This document shows positions 49,929 to 59,687 of a stretch of 64,000 bases of DNA, piece after piece. The notes below the pieces were generated by a model. That model made no database searches and was not told the DNA's origin. It saw only the letters and a program-made list of their open reading frames with translations. The translations under genes and the position numbers were made by a program. This DNA comes from Gammaproteobacteria bacterium (GTDB taxonomy: Bacteria; Pseudomonadota; Gammaproteobacteria; UBA4575). Location: assembly GCA_965222615.1 (NCBI GenBank), contig CBDCUI010000007.1:32001-96000 (forward strand). Reading direction: 5' to 3'. Position 1 is the stretch's first letter. The number at the start of each line of letters is the position of its first letter.

Positions 49929-50665
49929 CTTGGTTTTTTTCTCTTAACACCTAGCAATCTTGCAAACCCCCATTTCCTAAAACCCAACATCATTGCAACC
50001 CCATTACGCTTGTTTGCAGGAATTTTTAAGTCATCGCTAATTAATTGGTCAAAATATCTTGCAACTTCGTCTAATTTCTCATGCATTTTATGAATCGCTC
50101 CATCAGTAAGCATTCCACCAACAAAGTGAAGTTTCTCGTCAGGATCAGAAAATTTTGTTTCTAAAAATTCAGTTAAAATTTCTTGATTGAAAAACTTTTG
50201 TACCGGACCATCATCGGACCATTTAAAGTTTCGAGCTGTTAATAAACGAATACGATTAAATGGTAATAATTCAATTAGACCAATTTTTTCAAGCTTTATA
50301 AAATGCTTGTTGAGTTCGGCTTCTGAGAAATCAAACGTATCCTTAATTTCATGCTCCTTCCAATGATTAAGAATAAGGTAGGTAACTAATAACAACCTAT
50401 GATCATTCACAAATTCTTTTTCTTGTTGCAATGTAAGTTGTGTAACTAAAGGTTGCTGTTGTTCTGATTCCAATACAACTTCTTTGATGTCTATCCCAAG
50501 CCAATTGCACAAAGTCTCTAGTCGCTTTAATGATAAGTCAGCCTTTGAGAATAAGCGCTTTACACTTGCTTCACTCAAATCAAGAATTTCGGCAGCTTCA
50601 GCATAGGACTTTCCCTTCTTACGCATGATTTTCTTCAGTGCTATATGTATTGATTTACTCTGCAT
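49925..50665 (-). CDS. XRE-like helix-turn-helix transcriptional regulator with C-terminal domain
   Basis: LKKIMRKKGKSYAEAAEILDLSEASVKRLFS HTH; LIELLPFNRIRLL...GPVQKFF; overlaps the hydrolase start by 4 bp. Confidence 0.85.
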   Translation of the reverse strand: MQSKSIHIALKKIMRKKGKSYAEAAEILDLSEASVKRLFSKADLSLKRLETLCNWLGIDIKEVVLESEQQQPLVTQLTLQQEKEFVNDHRLLLVTYLILNHWKEHEIKDTFDFSEAELNKHFIKLEKIGLIELLPFNRIRLLTARNFKWSDDGPVQKFFNQEILTEFLETKFSDPDEKLHFVGGMLTDGAIHKMHEKLDEVARYFDQLISDDLKIPANKRNGVAMMLGFRKWGFARLLGVKRKKPR

Positions 50666-50684
50666 AAACTTGAAGGTATCAATT

Positions 50685-50745
50685 TATAATACTTAAGTAT
50701 TAAATATTACTAATATTTTTATATTTATTGCATTATATAATACTT
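50685..50745. promoter_or_regulatory. Divergent promoter/operator of the island
   Basis: Perfect 16-bp palindrome TAATACTTAAGTATTA (50687-50702); TATAATACTT repeated at 50685 and 50736. Confidence 0.5.
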
Positions 50746-50901
50746 TTAGAGATTCTTACACTAATTCGTAGCAATTATTGGCTATCAATCAATATCAAGG
50801 GGAGGATTATTTTGAGCCAAACACAGCTGTTCATAACTTTATTTTTGATCATTTGTCTTTCTCTACTTTGATTGAAATTTCTGAAGAGGAGTATTGGATT
50901 T

Positions 50902-51369
50902 ATGAACTCAGTGAAAGAAATAAATACTTACCAGGGAACTTACGGAGCAATTCTTTGGAGCCTACTGGGTCTATTTTGCTTCCGAGTTGTAGCGCAATTA
51001 ATTCAATCTAATTTCTCAATAGATTTCTTACCTGCATTTGAAGCTTGGCATAGTGGAGCGCTGCCATATCACTACTTAGTCATCACTCAGATTTTCATTA
51101 TCTTTTTATATAGCTACATATGCATTCGTTTTACAAGTAGGAAAGTAGTTCCCAATAGAAAACTGGGAAATATATTTTTATATTCAGGGTTAATTTATGC
51201 AGTAGCTATGTTAGCGCGATTATTAATTGGAGTATTTGGAATTTCTTCAGCATGGTTCCATGCATATTTGCCAATATTTTTTCATTTCGTACTTGCTGCT
51301 TTTTTAATTGTAGTTGGTCTGTTTCATCTGAAATTTTATAAACACTATGAAAAATTACTTCACTCATAG
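50902..51369 (+). CDS. Hypothetical integral membrane protein (4 TM)
   Basis: GAGGAG RBS before ATG at 50902; FRVVAQL, WHSGALPY, PIFFHFVLAAFL; overlaps the next gene. Confidence 0.75.
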   Translation: MNSVKEINTYQGTYGAILWSLLGLFCFRVVAQLIQSNFSIDFLPAFEAWHSGALPYHYLVITQIFIIFLYSYICIRFTSRKVVPNRKLGNIFLYSGLIYAVAMLARLLIGVFGISSAWFHAYLPIFFHFVLAAFLIVVGLFHLKFYKHYEKLLHS

Positions 51370-53935
51370 TTTATTACCATGGGTTGCATACCCGATTGGT
51401 ATTGGGATAGGAATCTACTTGCATATAGTAATGCTTTCATGGGGCATTGATCTTCAAATTAGCACATACGTTCCTATATTTTTTGCAGCCGGGATGATCA
51501 CGTTGTTTGAGCTTTATTTTCCACATTTACATCAATGGAAACCCAATATTAAAGATGTAAAAAATGATGCAATGTACATGCTTATTGTACAAACGATTTT
51601 GCCAAAAGTATTGGCATTTTTTACTGCATTAGTACTGTTACGCTATTCAAACGAAAGTAGTTTATTTAATTTAAACCTTTGGCCACATTACTTACCTGTA
51701 TGGATTCAGGCAATGATAATGATTTTAGTGGCTGATTTTTTTCGTTATTGGCTTCATGTTGCTTCTCATAAAAATAGTTTCTTATGGAGATTTCATGCAG
51801 TTCACCATTCCCCTAAAAAATTGTATTGGATAAATACAGGAAGATTTCATCCTATTGAAGAAGTCGCTCAGTTTTTATTCGATGCATTACCTTTCATTCT
51901 ACTAGGTGTCAGTGAATATGTTCTGGCATTTTATTTTGTTTTCTACGCCATAAATGGTTTTTTTCAGCATTCCAATATAAAACTGAAGTTTGGTGTATTG
52001 AATTATTTAATTAGTACTGCAGAACTACATCGTTGGCATCATTCACGTATTGAGAATGAATCAAATTCAAATTATGGAAATAATACAATTATTTGGGATC
52101 TAATCTTTGGTACTAGATACTTACCAAATAATAGAAGCATCGAAAATATAGGGCTTATCAATTCCAAATATCCGACTACATTTATCGATCAACTTAAAAC
52201 TCCATTTGTTGGAGGATTAGATAAAAAGAATTTGCCTTTACCTAGCATTAAACAGCTAATTGTGAATGGCCTAATCAAACTTCAAATGAAAATTACCAAA
52301 TATACTATTTGGAAACCCATGATGAAGGCTGCTAAAGACCCTATGCATGCGCAATTTAGTTTCCTCAAACAACTCATGGAAGAAAATGCAAAGACAAAAT
52401 TTGGAAAAGAACATCAATTTAATAACATAAATTCTTATGAAGATTATTGTAGGCTTGTGCCTATTCAAACATATGAGACGTTAAGCCCATATTTTACAAA
52501 ACAAGATAAATCAAAAGAATCTTTGATAAACAATGAGCAACCGTTTATGTATGCAGTTACAAGCGGGACTACAGGAGCATCAAAATTTATACCGATTTTA
52601 GATAAGACAATAAAACAAAATAAAAAGCACCAGAAGCTTTTTACCTATATTCAATATAGAGATAATCCTGGAACATTTAGCGGCAAAATGCTAGGAATAG
52701 TTAGCCCAGCAATTGAAGGATATACAGAGCCGGGCACTCCATTCGGCTCTGTATCTGGTGTTCTATATAAAAATATGCCTTCGATTATGAGATCGAAATA
52801 TGTACTTCCATTTGAAATATTTTCAATTGAAAACTATGAGCTTAAATATCAACTAATTCTAAGAATCGCCCTTACCTATAAAGATATTACCTATTTTGTT
52901 ACAGCAAATCCGTCAACTTTACTAATGCTTAACAAAATACTAAATGAGGATATTTCTGTATTAGCAAATGAAATTGAGCATGGAGGATTTAGAGAATACG
53001 AAGTCTTACCAAAGAGTATCCAAACATTTATTACAAAAAATTTGAAGCCAAATCCAAAACGTGCAGATGAACTACGTCAGCTAATATTTAATAAACAAGA
53101 AATTACTTTTGCAGATGTATGGCCACAGTTACAAACCGTTGTTACATGGACTGGCGGTAGTTGTGGAATCGTATTAGACACAGTTAAGCAAAAATTACCA
53201 GCCACGACAAAAATTATTGAACTAGGGTATATGGCTACTGAAGTGAGAGGAACAATAACAATTGATGCAGAAAATAATCTTGGTCTTCCTACTATTGAGG
53301 ATAATTTTTTTGAATTTGTAGAAAGAGATGATTGGGAAAATGATAAACATAATTTTCTAACAATCGATCAGCTATCTAAAAACAAAGAGTACTATATATT
53401 CATCACAACAAATTCTGGCCTTTATAGATATTTCATTAATGACATAGTTAGAGTAACTGGAAAAGTAGAAAATACTCCTACTCTTCAATTTATACAAAAG
53501 GGAAAAGGTGTTACTAGTATTACAGGTGAAAAATTATATGAATCTCAAGTTATTGAAGCGATGAAATTAACTGAGAAAGAGTTTAATTTTACAAATATCT
53601 TCTTCATTATGCTAGCAAATAAAAAATTCTCAAACTATGAATTATTTATTGAGAATTTCGATAATTTTGAACCCCCATTAGAACTAATAAGAGACTATGT
53701 TGAGTCTTGTCTTTGTAGATTAAATATTGAATATGAAAACAAACTTGCAAGTGGGAGGATTAAACCACTATCTTTACATCTTATTCAAAGTGGAACAAGA
53801 GAAATATTTAAAAAGTATTTCATCGAAAAAGGACAAAAAGAAAGTCAATTTAAAATTGTGGCTCTTCAATATAAAGATGAATTGGACTTTGATTTTGAAA
53901 ATCACGTTCTAAGATTTTTTGAAAAAGCGAGTTAA
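51347..53935 (+). CDS. Fusion: sterol desaturase/fatty-acid hydroxylase domain + GH3-family acyl-acid amido synthetase domain
   Basis: N-terminal TM domain with His boxes HVASH, HAVHH, QHSN, HRWHH; C-terminal GH3 motifs TSGTTGASKFIP, GYMATE, GLYRYFINDIV, TGEKL. Confidence 0.85.
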   Translation: MKNYFTHSLLPWVAYPIGIGIGIYLHIVMLSWGIDLQISTYVPIFFAAGMITLFELYFPHLHQWKPNIKDVKNDAMYMLIVQTILPKVLAFFTALVLLRYSNESSLFNLNLWPHYLPVWIQAMIMILVADFFRYWLHVASHKNSFLWRFHAVHHSPKKLYWINTGRFHPIEEVAQFLFDALPFILLGVSEYVLAFYFVFYAINGFFQHSNIKLKFGVLNYLISTAELHRWHHSRIENESNSNYGNNTIIWDLIFGTRYLPNNRSIENIGLINSKYPTTFIDQLKTPFVGGLDKKNLPLPSIKQLIVNGLIKLQMKITKYTIWKPMMKAAKDPMHAQFSFLKQLMEENAKTKFGKEHQFNNINSYEDYCRLVPIQTYETLSPYFTKQDKSKESLINNEQPFMYAVTSGTTGASKFIPILDKTIKQNKKHQKLFTYIQYRDNPGTFSGKMLGIVSPAIEGYTEPGTPFGSVSGVLYKNMPSIMRSKYVLPFEIFSIENYELKYQLILRIALTYKDITYFVTANPSTLLMLNKILNEDISVLANEIEHGGFREYEVLPKSIQTFITKNLKPNPKRADELRQLIFNKQEITFADVWPQLQTVVTWTGGSCGIVLDTVKQKLPATTKIIELGYMATEVRGTITIDAENNLGLPTIEDNFFEFVERDDWENDKHNFLTIDQLSKNKEYYIFITTNSGLYRYFINDIVRVTGKVENTPTLQFIQKGKGVTSITGEKLYESQVIEAMKLTEKEFNFTNIFFIMLANKKFSNYELFIENFDNFEPPLELIRDYVESCLCRLNIEYENKLASGRIKPLSLHLIQSGTREIFKKYFIEKGQKESQFKIVALQYKDELDFDFENHVLRFFEKAS

Positions 53936-53943
53936 CTATAATC

Positions 53944-55068
53944 GTGCGGGTTAAAAATACTATATTAAAAAAAATAGATATTCCTTTTACAGTGTCCTTC
54001 AAACACTCCTCTGCTAAACGATCACAAACTGAGAGTGTTCTTGTAGAGATGACATCTAATAGAGGAATAACAGGTTATGGAGAATCATGTCCAAGAGATT
54101 ACGTAACTTCCGAAAACATTAATAGTGTAAAAGCATTTTTCAATGAAAATATTTTCTCCTTTAAAAATGAAGTGATCAACTTATTTAGTCTAAATAATTG
54201 GATGGACAAAAATGCTAAAAAAATTGATGCAAATCCAGCTGCTATGTGTGCAATCGAAATGGCATTTCTAGATTTGCTTTCAAGAAACAATAGTGTGTCA
54301 ATAGAAAACCTAATCGGGCTACCTGAATTACACGGTCATTTTAAATATACAGCCGTAATTGGAGATAGTAGTGCAGAAATATTTCATAGCATTCTTAAAA
54401 AATATTTAGAAATGGGCTTTGATGACTACAAGGTTAAACTCTCTGGCGACATTGAAAAGGATCAAGAAAAATGTCAAATAATAAATCGTAACGTCAATTC
54501 TCCTATACGATTGCGATTTGACGCTAACAACCTATGGGATAACTATAAAATTGCGATTAACTATTTATCTAAATTAAATATAGATTATTTTGCAGTTGAA
54601 GAACCGCTTGCCCCAAATGACTTTGTAGATTTATCCAAAATCTCAAATGAGCTAAACAAACAAATCATTTTAGATGAAAGTTTTTTGAGAGTTAGTCAAT
54701 TTGAAAATCTCATTGATCATCCTGAAATGTGGATAATAAATCTTCGCATATCAAAGATGGGTGGTTTATTAAGGTCAAAGAAAATTGTCGATGAAGCAAA
54801 AGCCCACGGAGTTAAGATAATCATAGGTGCTCAGGTTGGTGAAACTAGCCTTCTCTCTAGAGCTGCTTTAGTTATCGCTAATTCTGCAAGAGACATACTT
54901 ATTGCTCAAGAAGGTGCATATGGAAATTTACTACTAAAAACAGACCTTTGTGAGCCACCAATTATGTTTAGCAAATCAGGTGTTCTCAATTCTTCCAATC
55001 TACCAATATCCTCAAATGGATTTGGATTTGAATTAAAAAATCATGATAATTTCGAGATAATTAACTAG
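53944..55068 (+). CDS. Enolase superfamily (muconate-lactonizing/epimerase subgroup) enzyme
   Basis: GYGESCPR, YKVKL (KxK), RFDAN, VEEPL, ILDES, NLRISKMGG. Confidence 0.85.
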   Translation: MRVKNTILKKIDIPFTVSFKHSSAKRSQTESVLVEMTSNRGITGYGESCPRDYVTSENINSVKAFFNENIFSFKNEVINLFSLNNWMDKNAKKIDANPAAMCAIEMAFLDLLSRNNSVSIENLIGLPELHGHFKYTAVIGDSSAEIFHSILKKYLEMGFDDYKVKLSGDIEKDQEKCQIINRNVNSPIRLRFDANNLWDNYKIAINYLSKLNIDYFAVEEPLAPNDFVDLSKISNELNKQIILDESFLRVSQFENLIDHPEMWIINLRISKMGGLLRSKKIVDEAKAHGVKIIIGAQVGETSLLSRAALVIANSARDILIAQEGAYGNLLLKTDLCEPPIMFSKSGVLNSSNLPISSNGFGFELKNHDNFEIIN

Positions 55069-55114
55069 GAAAATTTATTGACCATTATTGAGATTTAACC
55101 TGTTTGTTATTTCG

Positions 55115-55136
55115 TTCGGTTGAAATAGCAACCGAA
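55115..55136. terminator. Hairpin between the convergent island gene and RND gene
   Basis: TTCGGTTG-AAATAG-CAACCGAA. Confidence 0.5.
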
Positions 55137-55155
55137 AGTGGTTCTCCAGATGTTC

Positions 55156-58100
55156 TTATACAGTACTTGCGCGCATTTCTCTAAATCTTGAAAAAGTATA
55201 ATTACGCAAATCATCTGCAATCATGTAAAAACATGGCAATACCACTAAAATAAGCACAGTGGCAAAGATTAAACCGAATCCAAGGCTCACTGCCATGGGT
55301 GATAAAAATGCAGTTTGGCCACTGGCAAAAAAGATTAATGGCGAAATTCCTAAAAATGTCGTTACCGTAGTAAGTAAAATTGGGCGAATACGTACTCTTC
55401 CCGCATCCACTAATGCATCAAAACAAGTTGCCCCTTGTGCGCGTCGTTTTTTAGCAAAATCTATAAGAATCAAAGAATCATTTACGACTATTCCCGTCAA
55501 TGCAAGAAAACCTATCATGGATAAAAATTGTAAATTGTAGCCAAAGATTAAATGCCCAACGATCACACCTACAATTGCAAAAGGTATCGCAAACATGATT
55601 ACAAGTGGGTCCAATATAGACTTAAACAATGCTGCAAGAATAAAGAAAATAATTGCCAGTGCAATAATCAGCATGTTGCCAATATCATTGAATGAATCTT
55701 GTGATTCTTTTTTCTCGCCCAAATGTAGTAAAGAATAACCTGGATGATCCTCACTTAAATGAATGAACTCTTGATCTATAAGCTCATTTACCTCTAGTGG
55801 CGTGATTACATCTGCATCCACTTCAGCAGTCACTAAAGACAGACGTTGTGAATTACGTCGTTGTACTGCCCCAAGACCACGCCCTAACTCAATATCCGCT
55901 ACTTCGCCTAAGTAGACGGTTCCACCATTTGCAAGTGTGATCGGCAAACGTTGCAAGCCTGCACCGTCTTTACGTATCGAATTAGGATAAATTACACGAA
56001 CTGGATATCGATCCGTTTGCCAATTAACTTGCATTACCTCCAGTCCCAAATATCCAGTGCGCACTGCATCGGCAATTTGCGCTTGGGTTAAACCTAATTC
56101 TCTGCCGCGCGCATTGAGGGTGTATTGGTACTCGAGTTTGCCGGGCTCAAGATCTTGACGCACATCTCGAACACCTGGGATGCGTCGCAAAAAAGTAACC
56201 ACCTCTCCCGAAATATCAAGTAATTTATCGGTCTCATTACCAGTAATTCCTACTTCAATATCAGATCCAGCGGGCCCTCCTTGTGGCCGTAATATTGAAA
56301 AACGTTGTATACCTGGAACACTCGCAACACTAGCTCGAATTTCATCTATTATTGCTTCTGTATTGCGCTCACGTTTGCCACGCTCCTCAAAGCGTAAATT
56401 AACCAAGGGGCTTATAAAGGTTTCGATAAATCCTTCTGGCTTGGGTTTATTTAAATCTATAACAAACTGAATATAGTTACTTCCAAGTTTAAAGCGGTTA
56501 AAGTCAATTAAGGTGACTCCGACATTCGTTAGTAAGGTATCCAGTTCATCCTCTTGAAAAACTTTATTCATGCGATTCTCAATTTCAATTGCAAGCGCTG
56601 TAGTATCATCAATGCTATAAGTATTTGGAGCTTCAACATTTACAAGAAACTGACCAATTTCTACATCTCCAAACTGGTTATATGGCATTCTTGTATAAGA
56701 AAAAGCAAGTACCACACTCAACGCACCTATGGTTGCAGCTGAAATGAAATAACGATTGCGCAAGGCATACTGAATAATCGTGATATATTTCTTTAAAAAC
56801 TTACTTGAATTACTCTGCACAAAAGTGCGCCACCAACTGTTTTTATCTTTTTTGCTAACTTTTAACATTTCTGCCGAATGAGACGGCAGTACAATAAAGG
56901 CTTCTAATAAAGATCCTATTAAAGATGCAGTAACCACTACTGGAATGACTTGTATAAACAAACCTAAGGTTCCCGACACACCAAACATAGGCAAAAAAGC
57001 TGCAATAGTAGTGGAAGTGGAAGCCACTACAGGCCAAAACACTTCGCTTGCACCTCGTTTAGCAGCGGCATCTGCCACCATGCCATCTTCCATGTGACGA
57101 TAAACGTTTTCAGTAACAATAATTGCATCATCGACAATCATGCCTAGTGCAATTAAAAATGCGAACATTGACACCATGTTTATGGTGTATCCAAGATAGT
57201 GAATAATAATTACAGCCACTAAAAATGAAACAGGAATACCCAAGGCCGTAATAAATGCAACACGAAAGTTTAAAAACAAATAAAGAGATAATAAAACCAA
57301 GAAGAGCCCTACTGCACCAGATGACTTTAAAGTCTCTAAACGCGTCTTTACATATTTTGACAGATCGCTAAATAAACCAAGTTTGATGCCGCGCGGTAGA
57401 TTTTTTTGTATCTCGGCAGCGAGTTCACGCGTAGCTTGAGAAACATCAATGGTTGAAGCCTTTGCGGTTTTTGTAATGGTGAGATTTACAGACGGCTTAC
57501 TATTAAAACGCCCTAGGGTTTTAGTTTCTTCTAAGCGCAATTTAACGTTTGCCACTGCACCAAGAACAAGCTGCCCGCCATTGGCATTACTACGCAAAAC
57601 AATCTTTTTAGTTGCATCAATATCGGGAGCCGCACCTTTACCACGCAATAATATGTCTCCTTCAGAAGCTTTGAGAGATCCGCCAGGTAAATCTCTAAGA
57701 TTATTTCTTAACGCAGAAATGACGGTTCCCAAAGACACATTTCGAGCGGACATTATGTAAGGGTCTACTTCAACCCATAATTCCCAATCCCGCTCACCTG
57801 CAATACTTACACTGGCGACACCATCGATTTGTTGTAAGCGAGATTTGACGTCCTTTGCCGTTTCAATCAAGGTACCCATCGACACATCGCCATACACACT
57901 TAAACTAATAACTGGAAAACGTGTTTTTAAGCGAGTTATTTCCGACCTTTCCGATTCTTCCGGCAAATCTGTTATGGCATCAACCGTAGAACGTAAATCT
58001 CTAACAAATTCGTCAACGTCTGTATCTGGTTTCAACTTTATGACAATCTTCGATAAACCTTCATTGCTCTCAGAAGTCACTACATCGATATCTGCAAGGG

Positions 58101-58317
58101 TGTCTAACTCTTCTTCGATTGGTATGGTTATTTGAGATTCCACTTCTTCGGGTGGAGCACCTTCAAACTCGGTATTGATACGAACTTTATCAATTTCCAC
58201 GACGGGGAACATTTCCTGTGGCATACTGCGCCAAGAAATAACACCCGTGACAATTACCAGTACCAAAAATAGGTTAACGACTAGTGGGTTTTTAATAGAA
58301 AAATTAATAATACCCAT
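55156..58317 (-). CDS. RND efflux transporter permease subunit (AcrB family)
   Basis: LGMIVDDAIIVTENV, GIVVNDS, RIRPILLTTVTT; 1053 aa. Confidence 0.93.
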   Translation of the reverse strand: MGIINFSIKNPLVVNLFLVLVIVTGVISWRSMPQEMFPVVEIDKVRINTEFEGAPPEEVESQITIPIEEELDTLADIDVVTSESNEGLSKIVIKLKPDTDVDEFVRDLRSTVDAITDLPEESERSEITRLKTRFPVISLSVYGDVSMGTLIETAKDVKSRLQQIDGVASVSIAGERDWELWVEVDPYIMSARNVSLGTVISALRNNLRDLPGGSLKASEGDILLRGKGAAPDIDATKKIVLRSNANGGQLVLGAVANVKLRLEETKTLGRFNSKPSVNLTITKTAKASTIDVSQATRELAAEIQKNLPRGIKLGLFSDLSKYVKTRLETLKSSGAVGLFLVLLSLYLFLNFRVAFITALGIPVSFLVAVIIIHYLGYTINMVSMFAFLIALGMIVDDAIIVTENVYRHMEDGMVADAAAKRGASEVFWPVVASTSTTIAAFLPMFGVSGTLGLFIQVIPVVVTASLIGSLLEAFIVLPSHSAEMLKVSKKDKNSWWRTFVQSNSSKFLKKYITIIQYALRNRYFISAATIGALSVVLAFSYTRMPYNQFGDVEIGQFLVNVEAPNTYSIDDTTALAIEIENRMNKVFQEDELDTLLTNVGVTLIDFNRFKLGSNYIQFVIDLNKPKPEGFIETFISPLVNLRFEERGKRERNTEAIIDEIRASVASVPGIQRFSILRPQGGPAGSDIEVGITGNETDKLLDISGEVVTFLRRIPGVRDVRQDLEPGKLEYQYTLNARGRELGLTQAQIADAVRTGYLGLEVMQVNWQTDRYPVRVIYPNSIRKDGAGLQRLPITLANGGTVYLGEVADIELGRGLGAVQRRNSQRLSLVTAEVDADVITPLEVNELIDQEFIHLSEDHPGYSLLHLGEKKESQDSFNDIGNMLIIALAIIFFILAALFKSILDPLVIMFAIPFAIVGVIVGHLIFGYNLQFLSMIGFLALTGIVVNDSLILIDFAKKRRAQGATCFDALVDAGRVRIRPILLTTVTTFLGISPLIFFASGQTAFLSPMAVSLGFGLIFATVLILVVLPCFYMIADDLRNYTFSRFREMRASTV

Positions 58318-58397
58318 AGCTTAAATTTTTACTAAATAGATTCCTTATCTTGCTGCGACGCTTGTTACAACAGCCTTTTTCAAATCCAGGTAATGAA

Positions 58398-58430
58398 AGC
58401 CACTTATTCTATAGTATAGTAAAAGTGGCT
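58398..58430. other. Imperfect 33-bp palindrome upstream of the RND gene (terminator or operator)
   Basis: AGCCACTT-ATT-CTATA-G-TATAG-TAA-AAGTGGCT. Confidence 0.45.
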
Positions 58431-58615
58431 GCGATTAGACTAATTCTTGAATAGATCAAATTTAGAGATCAGCGCTACAATATAGTTCAAATGTAACTGA
58501 TAAAAATGATATCCGTGTTGAGATTCACGCAATGAATACTAGTCTACACAGCCACGTAGACAAGTTGCGGGTATTTTCAAACTAAAAAATTGTTATAAAA
58601 CCTTGCTTAAAGGTT

Positions 58616-58843
58616 TCACCAGTGTTCCCAAACCTCGAAAATTGTATATTCCCCTTTTCGATAACGTCGCAAACCCGTTTCACGCTTGATAGATTTAGCC
58701 TTTTGCAAAGCGAGATTATAAGCACGCGCACTATCACTACCCTCTCTCGATTGATAGTAAGTAACTAGAAACCAACCTTGCCTGTTTAGTATCGCACTAT
58801 CACGTTCTTTTAAATTTGTAATTTCATTTTTATCCCCAGCCAT
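58616..58843 (-). CDS. Small hypothetical protein
   Basis: 75 aa, GGAG 10 nt upstream of the ATG, co-oriented with the MarR gene. Confidence 0.45.
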   Translation of the reverse strand: MAGDKNEITNLKERDSAILNRQGWFLVTYYQSREGSDSARAYNLALQKAKSIKRETGLRRYRKGEYTIFEVWEHW

Positions 58844-58954
58844 ATTTCATAATCTCCGTGTTTAATTTTAGTCGCTCTTATCATTTAAATTAGTTGTACT
58901 GGACGCAATATAGCGATGCTCAATGAAAATTATATTGTTAATAACTTATTGTGG

Positions 58955-59287
58955 TTACATCCCCATATTTTTAATCGACTGTACAAGCTGACCATATAGG
59001 CGCTTGCCTTTATTTGTTATCTGTATTGCTCTGGCACGACGATCGTATTCTACTAAGTCATATTCCATTAAATTCAATTCTTCTAAGTACCGCATTGAAC
59101 GTGTGATTTGCGGTTTGTTCAAAAATGCTTCATTAGCAATTTGTCCAGGTTGAGTGAATCCTTGATGTAAGTAATGCAATACTTCAAAATCTATATGAGA
59201 GAGCCGATACAGTTTTAAACTATCCTTAATCTGTCGCTGATACTGTCGCAACTCTCTCGAACTCGCCAAGTATTGTTCCAATCGCAT
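58955..59287 (-). CDS. MarR family transcriptional regulator
   Basis: Winged HTH, DRRARAIQITNKG; GGGGA RBS. Confidence 0.85.
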   Translation of the reverse strand: MRLEQYLASSRELRQYQRQIKDSLKLYRLSHIDFEVLHYLHQGFTQPGQIANEAFLNKPQITRSMRYLEELNLMEYDLVEYDRRARAIQITNKGKRLYGQLVQSIKNMGM

Positions 59288-59448
59288 TGAATTCCCCTAA
59301 ATACTTAATCAAGGAATGTTGCCAATTGTTGATGGCAGAATCGAATGTTGTTTTCGATACAGTTTTATTTGTAATACTTACACTTGTAACTTTTTATCGC
59401 GCTGGTATTGCGGTCAAAGTCACAATAGTCACCTTCATGCATTTCTAC

Positions 59449-59477
59449 TTGCCTATATAGTACCATTATGGTACCAT
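59449..59477 (+). promoter_or_regulatory. hicAB promoter with overlapping palindromic operator
   Basis: TTGCCT(59449)-N17-TACCAT(59472) with extended -10 TG; palindrome GTACCAT-T-ATGGTAC (59460-59474). Confidence 0.65.
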
Positions 59478-59483
59478 ATTTTC

Positions 59484-59687
59484 ATGTTGCCTAAACTACG
59501 TGAATTGCTTCGAGATATAGAATCTGCGGGCTTTATAAACCGAGGCACTAGAGACGACTTCTACATTCTTCGACATCCAGATGGGGTCAACATAACTCTT
59601 GGTGGCAACCCGAATCAGGACGCAAAACAATATCAAGTCCAAGACGTTAAGCGTGCAATTGAATTAGTTACTAACAAAGATGAATAA
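59484..59687 (+). CDS. hicA: HicA-family toxin-like protein (catalytic motif degenerate)
   Basis: PKLRELLRDIESAGF..RHPDG..ITLGG...DAKQYQVQDVKRAI; real start probably ATG 59484, not 59316. Confidence 0.75.
   Translation: MLPKLRELLRDIESAGFINRGTRDDFYILRHPDGVNITLGGNPNQDAKQYQVQDVKRAIELVTNKDE

Larger units (their letters stand above)
48072..55155. other. AT-rich accessory island (hydrolase, regulator, membrane protein, desaturase-GH3 fusion, enolase-family enzyme)
   Basis: Visibly more AT-rich and AT-codon-biased than the flanking hppA and RND genes; no integrase or att repeats seen. Confidence 0.65.

Noticed and set aside
50778-51011. 77-aa ORF upstream of the island membrane gene
   Set aside because: TTG start without an RBS, overlaps the better-supported gene in another frame, no recognisable motifs
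59316-59483. N-terminal extension of HicA given in the ORF track (123 aa)
   Set aside because: This stretch contains the promoter and operator; HicA similarity starts at the ATG at 59484
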